Shown: positions 23,139-35,800 of the stretch, one piece after another
Layout of the letters: every line of letters begins with the position of its first letter
Position numbering within the stretch: position 1 is the first letter of the stretch
From: Azolla caroliniana
Taxonomy: Eukaryota; Plantae; Polypodiophyta
Direction of reading: 5' to 3'
Assembly: GCA_043228905.1 (NCBI GenBank)
Contig: JBHGNT010000014.1
Coordinates: 15,128,001-15,192,000 of the forward strand
DNA length: 64,000 bases
Translations under genes and position numbers: made by a program
The notes under the pieces: generated by a model
Database searches by the model: none
The model's input: the letters and a program-made list of their open reading frames with translations, nothing else
What the model was told of the DNA's origin: nothing

Positions 23139-25265
23139 ATGAGGGGGTCGGATCTCGCAGAGGCCATGGCTTCGGCCGTGGATCGGATCGTAAACGCGCG
23201 CGAGGGTACCGGTGCCCTCGACAGAGCTATTGAGGCGGTCGTCGGCACGATCGGCCGGTTCGATGGGAGGGATGCCACGAAGTATCTGGCGTCCTACGGT
23301 GCAGAAATGTTGATGCGGGACATTCCGGAAGAAAGGCGTCTTGCCGGTTTTCCCCGAGTGGCAATGCCGAGCATCCATGCGGAGGTGCTCGAGGTGCGGG
23401 CGGAGAGCCGTACCTGGGAGGAGTTCGAAGGTCGGCTCCTAGAGAAATACGGGCTGGACGACGCGCTCCGGCTTTCGAAGCGAAGGTTCATGGAATGGGT
23501 GGAGTCCCCGGGGAAGGGAAGAAACGCGTCGGCACTCCTCCGGGAGTTCGAGGAAAACTTTGCGCGCCTTTCGGCGCTCGACCGAACCATCCTGGACACG
23601 AGCCGGGTCTTGCTGTTTGTCAAGTCGGTCGACGAGCGGGATCGGGAGCAAGTGGGCCTCTTGCTGGAAACCGAAGACGGGCTCACTACCGACTGGGCGG
23701 CTGTCAGGAAGGTCTGTGGCCGTTTCGACAAACGGCGAGAATGGGCGGATAACGGGGCGACTGGGTCGGGCTCGGTCGCAGCAAGGAAGCTCGAACCAGC
23801 GCCACAGGTGCGCAAGGAAGAGACCCGGGAGTGGTTGGAAACCGGTTCGGCTTCGACCGGCGTAGTCAGAGGCTCAACCGGAGGAGCGGCGCTGGAGGAA
23901 TTGACGAAGGCGATAAAGGACCTCCAAATCGCGCAGGCCCGAAGGGAAGGAGGCGAACCGGCTCGTGACCGACGGCCGGCGGCAGGAAACAGGTGCATGT
24001 GGTGCGATGAAGTCGGCCACGTTCGGAAGGACTGCGGCGACTTCGCGGAGGCGCTGAGGGACAGGGTGGTGTACCTGTGGGAAGGACGGGTGCATGCCAG
24101 CGACACCCGAAGGGCCCTGAGCCGAAACGACGGAAAAGGTGGTATGAAAAGGTTGATGGAAGAGGCGGCGGCCCGACACGCGGAAACCGTCCACTACTCG
24201 GCGTCGGCCGGCATTCGAGTCGGGGGCGGCGAGGCCCGAAAGGAAAGCAAAGCCGGATTCTGGCCGACGATGCTGGAAGGCCTTGCCGGTGCAGGGCTTA
24301 AAAGGGAGGAATCGGACCGTGCGGAGAAACGGGTACGGGAGATGACCGGGTGGAGCGACCCGGTCGAGGAAAGGACGGGCTTCGTGGAAGCCGCTTGCCG
24401 GAACTACGAGGCTCTGGTAGAAGAGAAGCGGGTGGGAAAACCCGGGACGACCGGGCCCTCACAACGATACGAGACCCGGTCCGGGCCACGACGGGACGAA
24501 GCCGGCAGGGCCGGTACGCAAGATAAACCCCAGAAGGGCGGGTACCGTCTGGGGACGGAGATAGAAAGAACCACGGACTTACGAAAGGTCCTGGAGGAAC
24601 GGATCCTCGACAGCAAGGTGGAGCTGTCGCTACGGGAGGTGCTTGGAATCGCCAAGAAGGAGTTCCACGACTCCATCGTGGACTTGGTGAAACGGAAGAG
24701 GCTGTCAACGGAGACAGAACCGGAAAGACCGGTGGAAGTGCGGACGACGCACCTAGACGACATGGCGCTGGGAGACGAGTGGGCGGAAAGCCACTATTCG
24801 AGACCGCACTGGGCCCGAGCGACCACGGAAACCCCGGTGAAGATCGGCGATGTCCAGGAACCGGTGATAGCTTTGGTGGACCACGGATCGGAGATCAATT
24901 TGATGTCCATGGACTTCTATAAGAAGGGCAAATGGCCGATCAACACCAAGCACGGGTGGAAAATAAGGGCAGCAACGCGCGCCACCGAGGAACTGCACGG
25001 GGCCTGTCCGAATGTGCGAGTCAAGATCGGCGACGTCGAGATTGACCAGCACTTCTTCGTGCAGGAGACGTCTTCGCATCCGGTCATACTGGGAGAGCCG
25101 TACATCACGGCGGCGCGAATGGAGACCAAGGTGCTGGACAATGGTTCGGCCTATGCGCGGGTCAAGAGCCAGGACGGCCGCCATTCGGTCCAGTTTTTGA
25201 CGGTTAGGCCGAACCACGAGCGTAACCGCGACTCCCTCGGTTCCGATAACCGAGAGGATTTTTAG
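23139..25265 (+). CDS. Gag-protease polyprotein
   Basis: Open ORF (first ATG 23139); RFDGRDATKYL capsid-like start, CCHC knuckle CMWCDEVGHVRKDC, aspartic protease ALVDHGSEINLM...VILGEPY. Confidence 0.92.
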   Translation: MRGSDLAEAMASAVDRIVNAREGTGALDRAIEAVVGTIGRFDGRDATKYLASYGAEMLMRDIPEERRLAGFPRVAMPSIHAEVLEVRAESRTWEEFEGRLLEKYGLDDALRLSKRRFMEWVESPGKGRNASALLREFEENFARLSALDRTILDTSRVLLFVKSVDERDREQVGLLLETEDGLTTDWAAVRKVCGRFDKRREWADNGATGSGSVAARKLEPAPQVRKEETREWLETGSASTGVVRGSTGGAALEELTKAIKDLQIAQARREGGEPARDRRPAAGNRCMWCDEVGHVRKDCGDFAEALRDRVVYLWEGRVHASDTRRALSRNDGKGGMKRLMEEAAARHAETVHYSASAGIRVGGGEARKESKAGFWPTMLEGLAGAGLKREESDRAEKRVREMTGWSDPVEERTGFVEAACRNYEALVEEKRVGKPGTTGPSQRYETRSGPRRDEAGRAGTQDKPQKGGYRLGTEIERTTDLRKVLEERILDSKVELSLREVLGIAKKEFHDSIVDLVKRKRLSTETEPERPVEVRTTHLDDMALGDEWAESHYSRPHWARATTETPVKIGDVQEPVIALVDHGSEINLMSMDFYKKGKWPINTKHGWKIRAATRATEELHGACPNVRVKIGDVEIDQHFFVQETSSHPVILGEPYITAARMETKVLDNGSAYARVKSQDGRHSVQFLTVRPNHERNRDSLGSDNREDF

Positions 25266-25325
25266 AGAGGGCTGCCAAGGCGTGGGGCCGCGACAGTCCG
25301 GACACCCCGGGAAAACCCCACACCT
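25256..25325 (+). promoter_or_regulatory. Putative -1 programmed ribosomal frameshift signal (G GAT TTT plus pseudoknot)
   Basis: Heptamer directly before the gag TAG; -1 frame open from 25256 into pol; downstream stem GGGCTG/CAGTCC with loop GTGGG able to pair with CCCAC at ~25318. Confidence 0.75.
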
Positions 25326-28300
25326 GTACGATAAAACCGAAGAAACCTTGTACCATAGGTAGGGAATTTTTGTTCTCCGACAACGGAGCGTGTGCGATGG
25401 TCGGCATCGCCGGCCGAGAGAAAACAAAGACGGAGGCGAGACTTCGAGCGTGCGGAGTTCTCGGCCCGGACGAGGAAATCAACGGAGCCGTGGAGGCGGT
25501 CTCATTCGACGACACCTTGGGAATGCTGGGAAAGGTAGTCGAAGAAGGCCTTAACGACGACCGGACGATACCGGTGTGTTCCGAGGAGATGTACGAAGTC
25601 ATCGCGGACTTCGGTCGAGGGCTCGAGTCAGTTCGGACGGCCCACGTAAACACCAAGTACAAGACTGTGGACCGGAAGGTAAGGCCAGTAGCGGCACCCT
25701 TACCGGAGGACAGCGCGTCGAGAATCAAAGGGGTTGCATCAGACCCTAGTCTACGAGATCCGGCCTGCATAGGGCACACCTTCACTGACGAGACGCTCCG
25801 AGAGCTCAAAATCGGTGGGGGCGGGTTCCTACTGCCGGCGGAGGAAGACCGGTTTCGGAGAATGCTCGGAAGGCACGGGAAAGCCTTCGCATTCTCGCCG
25901 GAGGAAATCGGGTGCGTTGACCCGACGATCGTGGAGCCGATGGTGATATTCACGGTACCGCATGTACCATGGAATCTCAAGCCAATCCCGGTTCCGAGAG
26001 CTCACATCCCGAAATTGATGGAGCTGCTGAGGCAGAAAGTTGATATGGGAATTCTCGAGCCGTCGAGCGCCCCATATTCGAATCGATGGTTTACCGTACC
26101 GAAGAAAAACGGTTCGCTGCGCTTCATCCAGGACCTGCAGCCGGTCAATCGAGTGACCATTCGGAACGCAGGAATCAGACCGACCATAGACGAGTTCGCG
26201 GAGGCCTTCGCCGGAAGGTCAATTTACTCGGTCGGGGATCTATACTCAGGGTACGACCAGTTCCAGCTGGCCGTGGAGAGCAGAGACATTACGACGATGC
26301 GAACTCCCCTCGGCCTAGTTCGGATGTGTACACTGCCGCAAGGAGGGACCAACTCGGTGGCCCACATGGTGAATGCGATGAACAAGGTTCTGAGGGACTG
26401 TGTCCCGGACATTACCATGCCGTTTCTGGACGACATCCCGATCAAGGGATGCCCGGTGGAAGAAAAGGACGAGACGATCGGGCCGGACGGATGCCGGCAA
26501 TTCGTGGCGACGCACGTCGACGACTGCGAGAAGGTGCTGCAAAGGCTAGAGGATGCGAGACTCACCTTCTCCGGGGAGAAGTCGGCCTTCGGGCAGTCAG
26601 AAATCATGGTGGTCGGACACCTGTGCGGACCATATGGCTGGAAACCGTCTCCGGCGAAGGTAGAAGCCATCTCCGCGATGAAGCCCGACTGCAGCTCGGT
26701 CACGGAAGTACGGAGATTCCTGGGGGCATGCGCGTTCTACCACATATGGATCCCGCATTACGCACACGTCGCGGAGCCACTGTACGGGTTGCTGAAAAAG
26801 GGGCGAAGGTTCGAATGGCTAGACAAGCACGCGGAATCGGTCCGGAAGCTGAAAGAGGCCCTTGCAGCGGCACCGGCACTCCGGAAGGCGGTTTACGGGA
26901 AGGGTACCCCGGTATTCATAACGGTGGATACCAGTCCGACCGGGATCGGATGGGTCGTGAACCAGGAAGACGAGGACGGCAATCGGTTTCCGATCCGATT
27001 CGGCGCGAAAGTCCTCAGTGAACGGCAGCGAGGATACGCCCAGGTTAAACGCGAACTCTGGGGTATTGTTTCGGCGGTTAAGGCCGACAAAGACTACCTG
27101 ATAGGGACGGAAGTGATCATCGAGACGGATTGCCTGCCGATTCTCGGTATGGTTTCCGGATGCGCGACTCCGGACCTGGCGATGCTCAGGTGGATAGCGT
27201 ACATCAAGTCCCTGGACCCGGAAATACGACACATTTCCGGGAAAGACAACGCCATGGCCGACATGCTTTCGAGGGCGAGGTTCGACGACGAGGGCGGCAT
27301 GGTTTCGGAAGACGAAGAAGTCGGCGTGGATTTCTTCGAGGCGGCATACATAACGACCGACGGGATGAGCACTCCGGCGCTTAACGAGTTCGACGCGAGC
27401 AAGTACGACGGGGAATGGCTGCAGATCGGCGGGTTTTTGAAGACAATGACGCCCGATGCGTCATGGACGAAGGACGAGGCCAACCGGATCCGGAAGAAAG
27501 CATATCGATTCTTTCTCCGAGATGGGCATCTATGGAAGCACCCGAAGAAGAGGAACGGCGTCCCGCTCCGAGTGGTGGCGATGAAGGAAGAACAGGAGGA
27601 GCTGCTGACGGCCTACCACGACAGCCCTTGGGCTGGACACCGTGGAACATGGGCTACGTTTGAGAAACTAAAGGGGAAGTATTGGTGGCCGGGGCAGTAC
27701 CGGGACGTGCATCGGTTCGTGACAACTTGCGGGAGCTGTCAGATGCACTCCATAGTCCGACATCGGGACGAGCTTCACCCCACGTACCCTCCGACCATCC
27801 ACTTCAAATGGATGGTAGATCTGGTGACGATGCCAATGGGGGTAGGACAGATGCGGTACCTGGTCCTAGCGCGGGAGGATCTGACGAACCAAGTGGAAGG
27901 CCGGGCCCTTCCAAACAAAACGACCGCGGCCGTATGCCGGTTCCTAATCGAGGACGTGATATGCCGGTACGGGTGCGTCGGGAAGATCGTGGCTGACCGA
28001 GGGGAGTTGGACGCCGAAGAAGCCGCGGAGCTGTTCGACCGGCTGGGAGTCCAGCTCTCGCTCACCACTGCGTACAATCCGGAGGCGAATGGAAAGGTGG
28101 AGCGCGGACACGGACCGATCGTCAAGGCGTTGGTTCGGGCATGCGGAGGCCGAGCCGGTGACTGGCCGCGGCTGCTACCTTATGCTTTGTGGGCAGACCG
28201 GACCACGCACAGTTCGGTAACCGGGTACATGCCGACGGAGCTCATGTTCGGCCAGACGCCGATCATGCCGATTGAACGGACGATCTCCTCGTGGGCAACG

Positions 28301-28753
28301 GTCGACTGGAGGGACGAGATGAGCCGGGAGGAGTTGTTGGTCGCACGTATACGACAGCTCGAGCGGAGGCCGGAGGACGTGGCACTGGCTACGGAGAAGC
28401 TCCGGGTGGCGAGGACAAAGAACAAAGCCCGGTTCGACCGAACGCACCGGCTACGACCGAAGAAAATCGAAGAAGGTGACTGGGTGCTCGTCTACGACAG
28501 CAGCCTCGACAACTAGCACCGAGCCACACGGAAGTTCGCACGAAGGTGGTTCGGGCCTTACGTGGTACGGAGCGCCAATGACAACGGGACATATCACCTG
28601 GCGGAACTTGACGGCACGAGAATGGCGATACCGGTTGCAGGGAAGCGGATCAAAGCGTTCAAGAAGCGACACGACGACGAGCCAGACCCGGCTCTCCTGG
28701 TCGGCAGTGACGAACGATCCGAAAATGAAGAAGAACCGACGGGCGAGGAATGA
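25256..28753 (+). CDS. Pol (RT, RNase H, integrase) in -1 frame; single premature TAG at 28514-28516
   Basis: WFTVPKKNGSLRFIQDLQ, LPQGGTNS, PFLDDIPI, ITVDTS, HHCC (H..PWAGHRG...CGSCQ), VADRGE, YNPEANGKVERGH; the frame continues past the stop to 28753. Confidence 0.93.
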
Positions 28754-29624
28754 AGACGGGCCGGTTTTCTCCGTCCCAACTCTCTTGGCGCATACCGGAG
28801 GATGCGCGGTTAGGTGGGGGCGGATGTCGTGAAGAAAACCGTCCATAGGCGGAATCGGCGCACCAAGGCGTGGGAACCGGTTCTTCACGCGCGCACGCTC
28901 CGAGTTGTACATAGAAACGAATTGAGAGGATAATCGGCAGGAACGGGCCCTAACTCAAGTGGAGACAAAGACCGCGCGAACAGTCTTTTCGGTCGCGCGC
29001 GCGAACTGTACGAGTCGGCGGCGTAACTACGCGGATCCGTGAAAAACGGAGCGGATCCCTGTCCAAAAGGGACAGGGAATAAAGCTGACACGACGGCCTG
29101 TTCGTCGGCCTATATAAGGAGCGGGAAAGAGCTGTTGCAGGGATCTGGCGCGGAGAGGACGAAGTGCTGTCGGACCGTTTCTGGACGCTTCGCTCTCTCT
29201 GTTTCCTTCCTTCTTGAGCTCCAAAGCTTTCTGTGCAGGGTTCCGGGGAGGCTCGCGCTGTTTCGAGGAACGCCTGAGTGCTTCCGGCAGCACCTCCGAC
29301 CTGCTACCCCCCCCCCATTTCCCCGTTTGTGCGTCGAAGCGAACAGGCATCGGCATCTGTTCGCCGGCCTGTTCGGTTGCAACCAACCTGTGCCCCATCG
29401 GGGGTTGTAGTCGTGTTAGCCATTTTGTTAATACACATATTTAGTCATTCGCATCCGTCTGTGTCGGTGTCTGTTCGCGTTCTCCGTGCTGAAGGGCCGT
29501 GTCCCTGTGTATCCCCGGTCCTGCGTAGCCGGTTCTCTCTCTTTCTCCTCCCTCGCTTGCTCTTTGGTTCGAGACCCCCGCGGTCCCGCCTCTATTCCAC
29601 ACGCACTTGCGTAATATCTCGACA

Positions 29625-30808
29625 ACGTTCATCAGCTTCCCTTTCTGTCCGATGTGGCTTAGAGGGACTTCTCCGACGTGCATGATTGGGTGAGGAGTGT
29701 CGTCTCCGGTTTCGACTACTCCTGGTTGATCCGGTTTCTCCAGAAAGGAGAACCACTCTTTGTGGCTCGTCATGTGGTTCGACGCGCCGGAATCAACATA
29801 CCACACTTCCTCCGTTTTGGAAGTGGTCTTCTTCATTGATTTTGCCTTTCCGGCTGGCCCCTTACCGGCCTTTCCGGTTCCGGATCCTCTCGATCCGTTT
29901 GCATAGTGCGAGTTTTGCCGGCCATCCTTACCGGTCTTGCCGGATCCGGATTTGTCCGAATCGGCACGCTTTCTCCAGCACTCGCTTTCCCTGTGGCCTT
30001 TTTTGCCACAATACCAGCATTCCGTAGCGGATTTGTCTTGCCGGCCTCCGGCACCGCCTTGATTCCCCCTACTTGTGGAAGTCCCGGAACTGCTGTCGGC
30101 ACGCTCATAGTGCCTCCGTTCCTGCTCTTGCCGGCCGCCTCCATTGCGTGCCGACCCACCTTTTCCACCACGCCCATGGAGCCGATCCGTTCCCGTGTAC
30201 AACATTCGGCTGTCCGGGGATGCACTGGTAGATGCACCGGCGTGGTTCTCCTCTACAAGGAGCATCGACTGTAAGTCGAAGAATGAGGGGGTATTCTCCC
30301 TTGTACACACTGCAGTCCGGAACGCTCCGAACTTGGACGCCAGGCCTCCGAGACATACCTGCACCATCTCATCTTCCTCTACGATAACATTGATAGAGGC
30401 GAGCGAGTCGCAGATCTCCTTTATCCGGTCCGTGTAGTCTGCCACGGACATGTTCTTCTGTCGAACATTGCTCAACTCCTGTCTGAGTTGCAGCTTCCAT
30501 GCAGTGGTGCTTGTGGCGAAAACCTTTTTCAGGTTCCCCCAAGCATCCTTCGGTGTCTTGGCGTCACGGATGTGGCTGAGCAGCTGATCGCCGACACTGG
30601 ACGCGAAGCAGTACATCACCCTGCTTGCCGCTTGTTCCCATACCGGGAAGTCCTTGTGTGCCGAGTCGGGCGCCGTATCATTCGCTCCTTCGACATAACT
30701 CCAGTACCTGTGTCCAAGCAGGTACTGGTGCATCTTGTAAGACCAGGATGCGTAGTTGCTCCTGTCGAGCTTCTCCACCGGGAGCGACGTAGCCATGCCT
30801 CTATTCAT
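29625..30808 (-). CDS. Copia Gag-protease of element 18038-31307 (cut by the gypsy insertion)
   Basis: EKLDRSNYASWS, CWYCGKKGHRESEC, WYVDSGASNHMT. Confidence 0.93.
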
Positions 30809-31307
30809 GTCTTCTATTGTGTCTGTTTTCGACCTGTTAGGGTTTTCTTCTCAAGAGTAAATGTCTGCAGCAGAGGTTCTCAACCCTCGCGCTCTGATAC
30901 CATGAAAACGTGAGTGTTTGCGGAAGCGTAAAACAGAGAACAACACAGAGAGAGAGAGAGAGACAGAGACAGAGAGAGCAGAACGTAATTTCAAAATTAT
31001 TTTCAGACTCTATCTACACACTGTGCTAAGTAGCACTATTTATACAAGTCCTCTTGGGATTGACAGAAGTACCATGTACTTCAATGCTCACACGAGCATC
31101 TGACACTTACTACGAGACTATAGCTACCTAATAGTCTATCCTATACTAGGCTTCCGATTGGACTTCTGGTTACGGATTGCACCCGGCCTCCACTGCTTGC
31201 CGGTTCGGTTGCTCACCGTCATACCGATCCGTTTCGCCCGATCCGTCTCGTTTACAAGCTCCGGCTTATTCAGCCAATCTGGCTCCGGTTGAGCTTGTAG
31301 CTCAACA

Positions 31308-32084
31308 ATATGCAATATCCAGTCGGGTGCACACCATTGCATACATTAGACTTCCGAAGGCAGGGGCATATGGTATTTTCGTTATATCCGACTTCTCTGC
31401 CTTTGTGTTCGGGCTCTGCTTTCCGAACAACTTGAAATTTTCCGGAAGTGTCGATCCGACTAGTTTCGCCTCCGACATGTTGAACCTTTGAAGCACCTTT
31501 TTCACGTACTTCTCCTGTGGCTACTACAACAACTTCTTCGACCGGTCTCAGATTATGTGCATCCCCAAAATCTGTCTTGCCGAACCCACGTCTTTCATTG
31601 AGAAGGTCTGGTTTAGGGCCTTCTTCAGCATTCGTATCTTGACTTGGTCTCGTCTGACGATCAACATGTCGTCCACTTACAAGAGGAGTATCAGGAAATC
31701 GCCTCCGTCGAATTTCTTCACAAACATGCAGTGATCGGCTTGCGTCTTGTGGTACCCTTGATCCGTCCTGAAGGAGTCAAACTTCCAGTACCATTGCCAG
31801 GGGGGTTGCTTCAATCCGTATAAGCTCTTCCTCAACCGGCACACCAGGTGCTCCTTCCCTTTCTTCCCAAATCCTTCCGGTTGATGCTTGTAGATCTCTT
31901 CTTCGAGGTCGCCATGTAGGAATGCTGGCTTGACGTGTCGTTGCTCTACCTCGAGGTCCATGCTTGCTGCTATGTTCAATACCGTCTGGATGGATGTCAT
32001 CTTTACTACTGGGGCAAAGATCTCATCGAAATCCACACCTTTCTTCTGCTGGAAAGCCTTCACCACGATCTGGGCCTTGTACCT
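31308..32084 (-). pseudogene. Copia family-T RT fragment (continuation of 17397-18037)
   Basis: FAPVVKMTSI, KSLYGLKQ, GSLMYAMVCTRLDIAY. Confidence 0.9.
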
Positions 32085-32182
32085 CAGTGGATTTCAAGCT
32101 CGTACTTGGAAGGACTTGAACACATGACATGTTGGGAGACAGGTCCCTCCGGATGGGAAGGGAGAAGAAAAGTGCTGATGGA

Positions 32183-32405
32183 AACCGGATGAGGAGTACC
32201 TGGCTACGGAGAGCCAGATGGTGCAGGCCCGGTGTGAACCGGATGAGGAGTACCCGGCTACGGAGAGCCGGATGGTGCAGGCCCGGTGTGAACCAGATGA
32301 AGAGTACCCGGCTACGGAGAGCCGGATGGTGCAGAACCGGTGAGAACCGGATGAGGAGCACCCGGCTACGGAGAGCCGGATGACGCACACCCGGTGCGAA
32401 CCGGA
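32183..32405 (+). repeat. 54-bp CCGG-rich tandem repeat (x4) in U3 of the family-T LTR
   Basis: AACCGGATGAGGAGTACCCGGCTACGGAGAGCCGGATGGTGCAGGCCCGGTGTG; variants at 277-525, 13480-13715, 36870-37095, 43440-43665. Confidence 0.92.
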
Positions 32406-32899
32406 GGAAGAGACATATTCGTAAATATGTTCCTGAGAGCCCATCGAGGCTACATTTGTAAGTAGCCGAAAAGTCATATTAGTATAAATATGACTTAGGG
32501 CAAACTTTTAGTGTGTTGTTGTTGTCATTTTCTTGTTGGTGCAAGAAGTAGAGAGAGCACGTAACAGTGTACAGAGAGAGAGAGAGAAAGAGGTCGTTGC
32601 CTCTGATGTAACCGCCGCATGTGGCAAAGATCGTGAGCACGAGGTTGTTGCCTTCGTGAACTCACTATTTTCTACATTCCAACTTAATGATAGTTTGCAG
32701 CCTGTGGGCTACCGTGGTTTTTTCCCTCTTTGGGTTTTTTCCATGTAAACATTCTGTGTACCCTTTTCTCTCCTTTGTGTCGCGTGTTTTTCGTTTCCTG
32801 TTTCCTGTGTATGAAAAGAAGCTCGGTTGTGGCCAAGCGTTGTGTATAAGGAGCGTTGAGTTCCCGTCAAGTGGTGTCAGAGCGAAACGACACAGAAAT

Positions 32900-35800
32900 A
32901 TGGATGAATCGTTTGGCGGCATGTTCAAGCTCACCGGCTCCAACTATTCTGTATGGAAGTCAAAGATGAGGGACATGCTCGTGGTTAAAGACCTCTGGCT
33001 GCCGCTTCAATTCGGGGACAAGAGACCGGACAAAATCGACGCCGCGTTATTGGAGGTGATACACATGAAGACAACAGCGTACATACGGTGCTTCATCGAC
33101 ATGAGCCTGTACAACAACTTCAATGAAGAGAGCAAGGCTCATGAGCTCTGGGAGAAGATCGGCATAATGTTTCAAAACAAAAATGTTGTTAATCAGGTTT
33201 CTGTATTCCGGAAGCTAGTAAGACTCCGGTACCAAGATGGCTCCAGCATGGCGGAGCATATGAATGCCTTCCAGGGGCTGATACACCAAGCAACGTCATT
33301 GGAATTACCTCTCGCCGATGAGGTACTAGCGCTGCTCCTGCTCGGTTCCCTCCCGGATAGCTAGGAGACATTGGTTGTCACTTTGGGCAACGCCGGACCA
33401 GAAGGAAAACGGTTATTCCTAGCAAGAGTAAAGTCGAGCTTGCTAGATGAGGAGGCGCGTTGGAAAGATAAAGATACGAGCTCCGACTTCAAAGCGCTCC
33501 TTACCGAATCGGAACGCGGAAGACATAGAAACCGTAGTCCCCAGAACCGGGAGAAGTCGGGGACACGGTCAAAGTCAAGGGGGAGGCCCACTTGCTTCTA
33601 TTGCGGCAAGCCGGGTCACTTCCAAAAGAACTGTCGGCATTTCCGTAAAGACAAGGAAACCGATGGTACCGATTCGAGGCGGACCCCGGACCGGAACGGT
33701 AAAGACCGGAAGGGGACGGACCGGAAGGGAACGACGGCAATCGCGGCAAGTGAAGAAGAGTTGATGCTCATCACCGAGGAGAGTGAGATAAACCTTGCCG
33801 GCGACGAGATGACCTAGATGGTAGACTCCGGAGCATCGTTCCACCTTACCCCGGACCGGAAATGCTTCTCATCCTACTCAGCCGGTGACCACAGCTGTGT
33901 CCGGATGGGGAATGAAGGTACATGCCGAATTGTCGGCATAGGAGACGTGTGGCTGTCAACACCAACCGGATGCAAGTTGCTGCTGATTGTGGCTCGGGCC
34001 CGGAAGGTCAACACACTGTACCTGATGAATGCCCGGCTATGTTCGGAAGAAGTGAACGTGGCATCCGACACTGCCGGTGAGCTATGGCACAAGAGTCTGT
34101 GTCATATGAGCGAGAAGGGGATGAAGAGGCTTGCAGACGACAACCTCATTCCAGTGGAGAACGTGCACTTAGAGAAGTGCACTGATTGTCTGGCCGGTAA
34201 GCAGAACCGGACCTCCTTCCGACCAAGGCCACCGGTGAGACGTAATGCACCACTGGAGTTGGTGCATACGGATGTGTGTCAAGTAGACACGAAGTCACAT
34301 GCCGGAGCGCAGTACTTCGTGACGTTCATAGATGACCACTGCCAGAAGCAGTGGGCCACACCGTTGAAGACGAAGGATCAGGTGCTATCCGTCTTCAAAG
34401 AGCTCCACGCGAGAGTGGAAAGAGAAACCGGCCGGAAGCTGAAGGCGGTTCGAGCAGATAACGGAGGAGAGTACCGAGGGCAGTTTGAGGAGTACTGCCG
34501 CTCGAAGGGAATCTGGCTCGAATTTACCGTGCCGAAGACGCCGGAACTAAACGGACTGGCCGAGAGAATTAACCAGACCATAATGGAGAGGGTCCGGAGT
34601 ATGCTAGCGTATGCAAAACTACCCAAGAAGTTTTGGGCTGAGGCATTGTCGACGGCGACATACGTGATAAACAGATCACCCTCAGTACCCTTGGACGGAG
34701 ACATACCACAGAGAGTATGGACCGGTAAGGAAGTGTCCTACCAGCATCTGAAGGTGTTCGGGTGTCTCGCGTACGTGCATGTAGCAAAGGACTGGAGAGG
34801 AAAGTTAGATCCAAAGACCCGGCCATGCATATTCCTCGGTTACGGTGACGATGAGTTCGGCTACCGAGTGTGGGACCTGGTCGACAAGAAGGTATTCCGG
34901 AGTCGAGATATTATCTTCATGGAGGACAAGACGCTCGCCGACTGGGAGTCGGAGAAGAAGATAATGAACTCCGAATCGACCGGTAAGGATCGACTTTACG
35001 ATGAGCAGACCCAACCGGCGAGAGACCGGTTAGCACTCGAAGAACCAGCCGGATACGGTGAGGATACCGAACCGGTAGAAGAAGAAGTAGAGGAAGCTGA
35101 AACCAGAACCGGCCAAGACCCCGAATCGGATTCGGATGAAGAGCGAATGGAGGAGCCGGTTACCGAAGCCCGAAGACGAAGATATCCTCTCAGAGAGAGA
35201 AGGGCCCCCCAGAGATTTCTGGATGCAGAGCATGTTCTGCTGACCGATGAGGGGGAGCCGGAAAGCTTCGAAGAAGCGAAGGATAACACCCATAGCCGAA
35301 AATGGTTAAGTGCCATGCAGGACGAGATGGATTCCCTGCATGAGAACCATACGTACGAATTGGTGGAGTTGCCGAAAGGAAAGCGGGCACTTCGAAACAA
35401 GTGGGTCTACAAGTTGAAACAGGGAGATGCCGGGAACCCCCCGAGATACAAAGCCAGGATCATGGTGAAGGGGTTCCAGCAGAAGAAGGGCGTGAACATC
35501 GACGAGATATTTGCCCCGGTAGTAAAGATGACCTCCATCCGGACGGTGCTGAGTATAGCAGCAAGCATGGACCTTGAGGTAGAGCAGCTGGACGTGAAGA
35601 CGGCATTCCTTCACGGCAACCTCGAAGAGGAGATCTACATGCAGCAACCGGAAGGTTTCGTGGAGAAAGGGAAGGAGCACCTGGTATGCCAGTTGAAGAA
35701 GAGCTTGTACGGACTGAAGCAAGCTCCCCAACAATGGTACCGGAAGTTCGACTCCGGCATGACTGATCAGGCCGATCACTGCGTGTTTGTGAAGAAGTTC

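Larger units (their letters stand above)
22295..29624 (+). mobile_element. Near-intact, very young Ty3/gypsy element (7330 bp), tRNA-Trp primed
   Basis: 800-bp LTRs 22295-23094 and 28825-29624, where I see one difference; 4-bp TSD ACGT; gag-PR and pol ORFs; removing the element restores the host frame KLMNVLHIP. Confidence 0.97.
18038..31307 (-). mobile_element. Full-length Ty1/copia element (5.9 kb net) hosting a nested gypsy element
   Basis: LTRs 30903-31307 and 18038-18450; PBS TGGTATCAGAGC 30891-30902; PPT 18451-18462; perfect TSD ATATG (18033-18037, 31308-31312). Confidence 0.96.
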
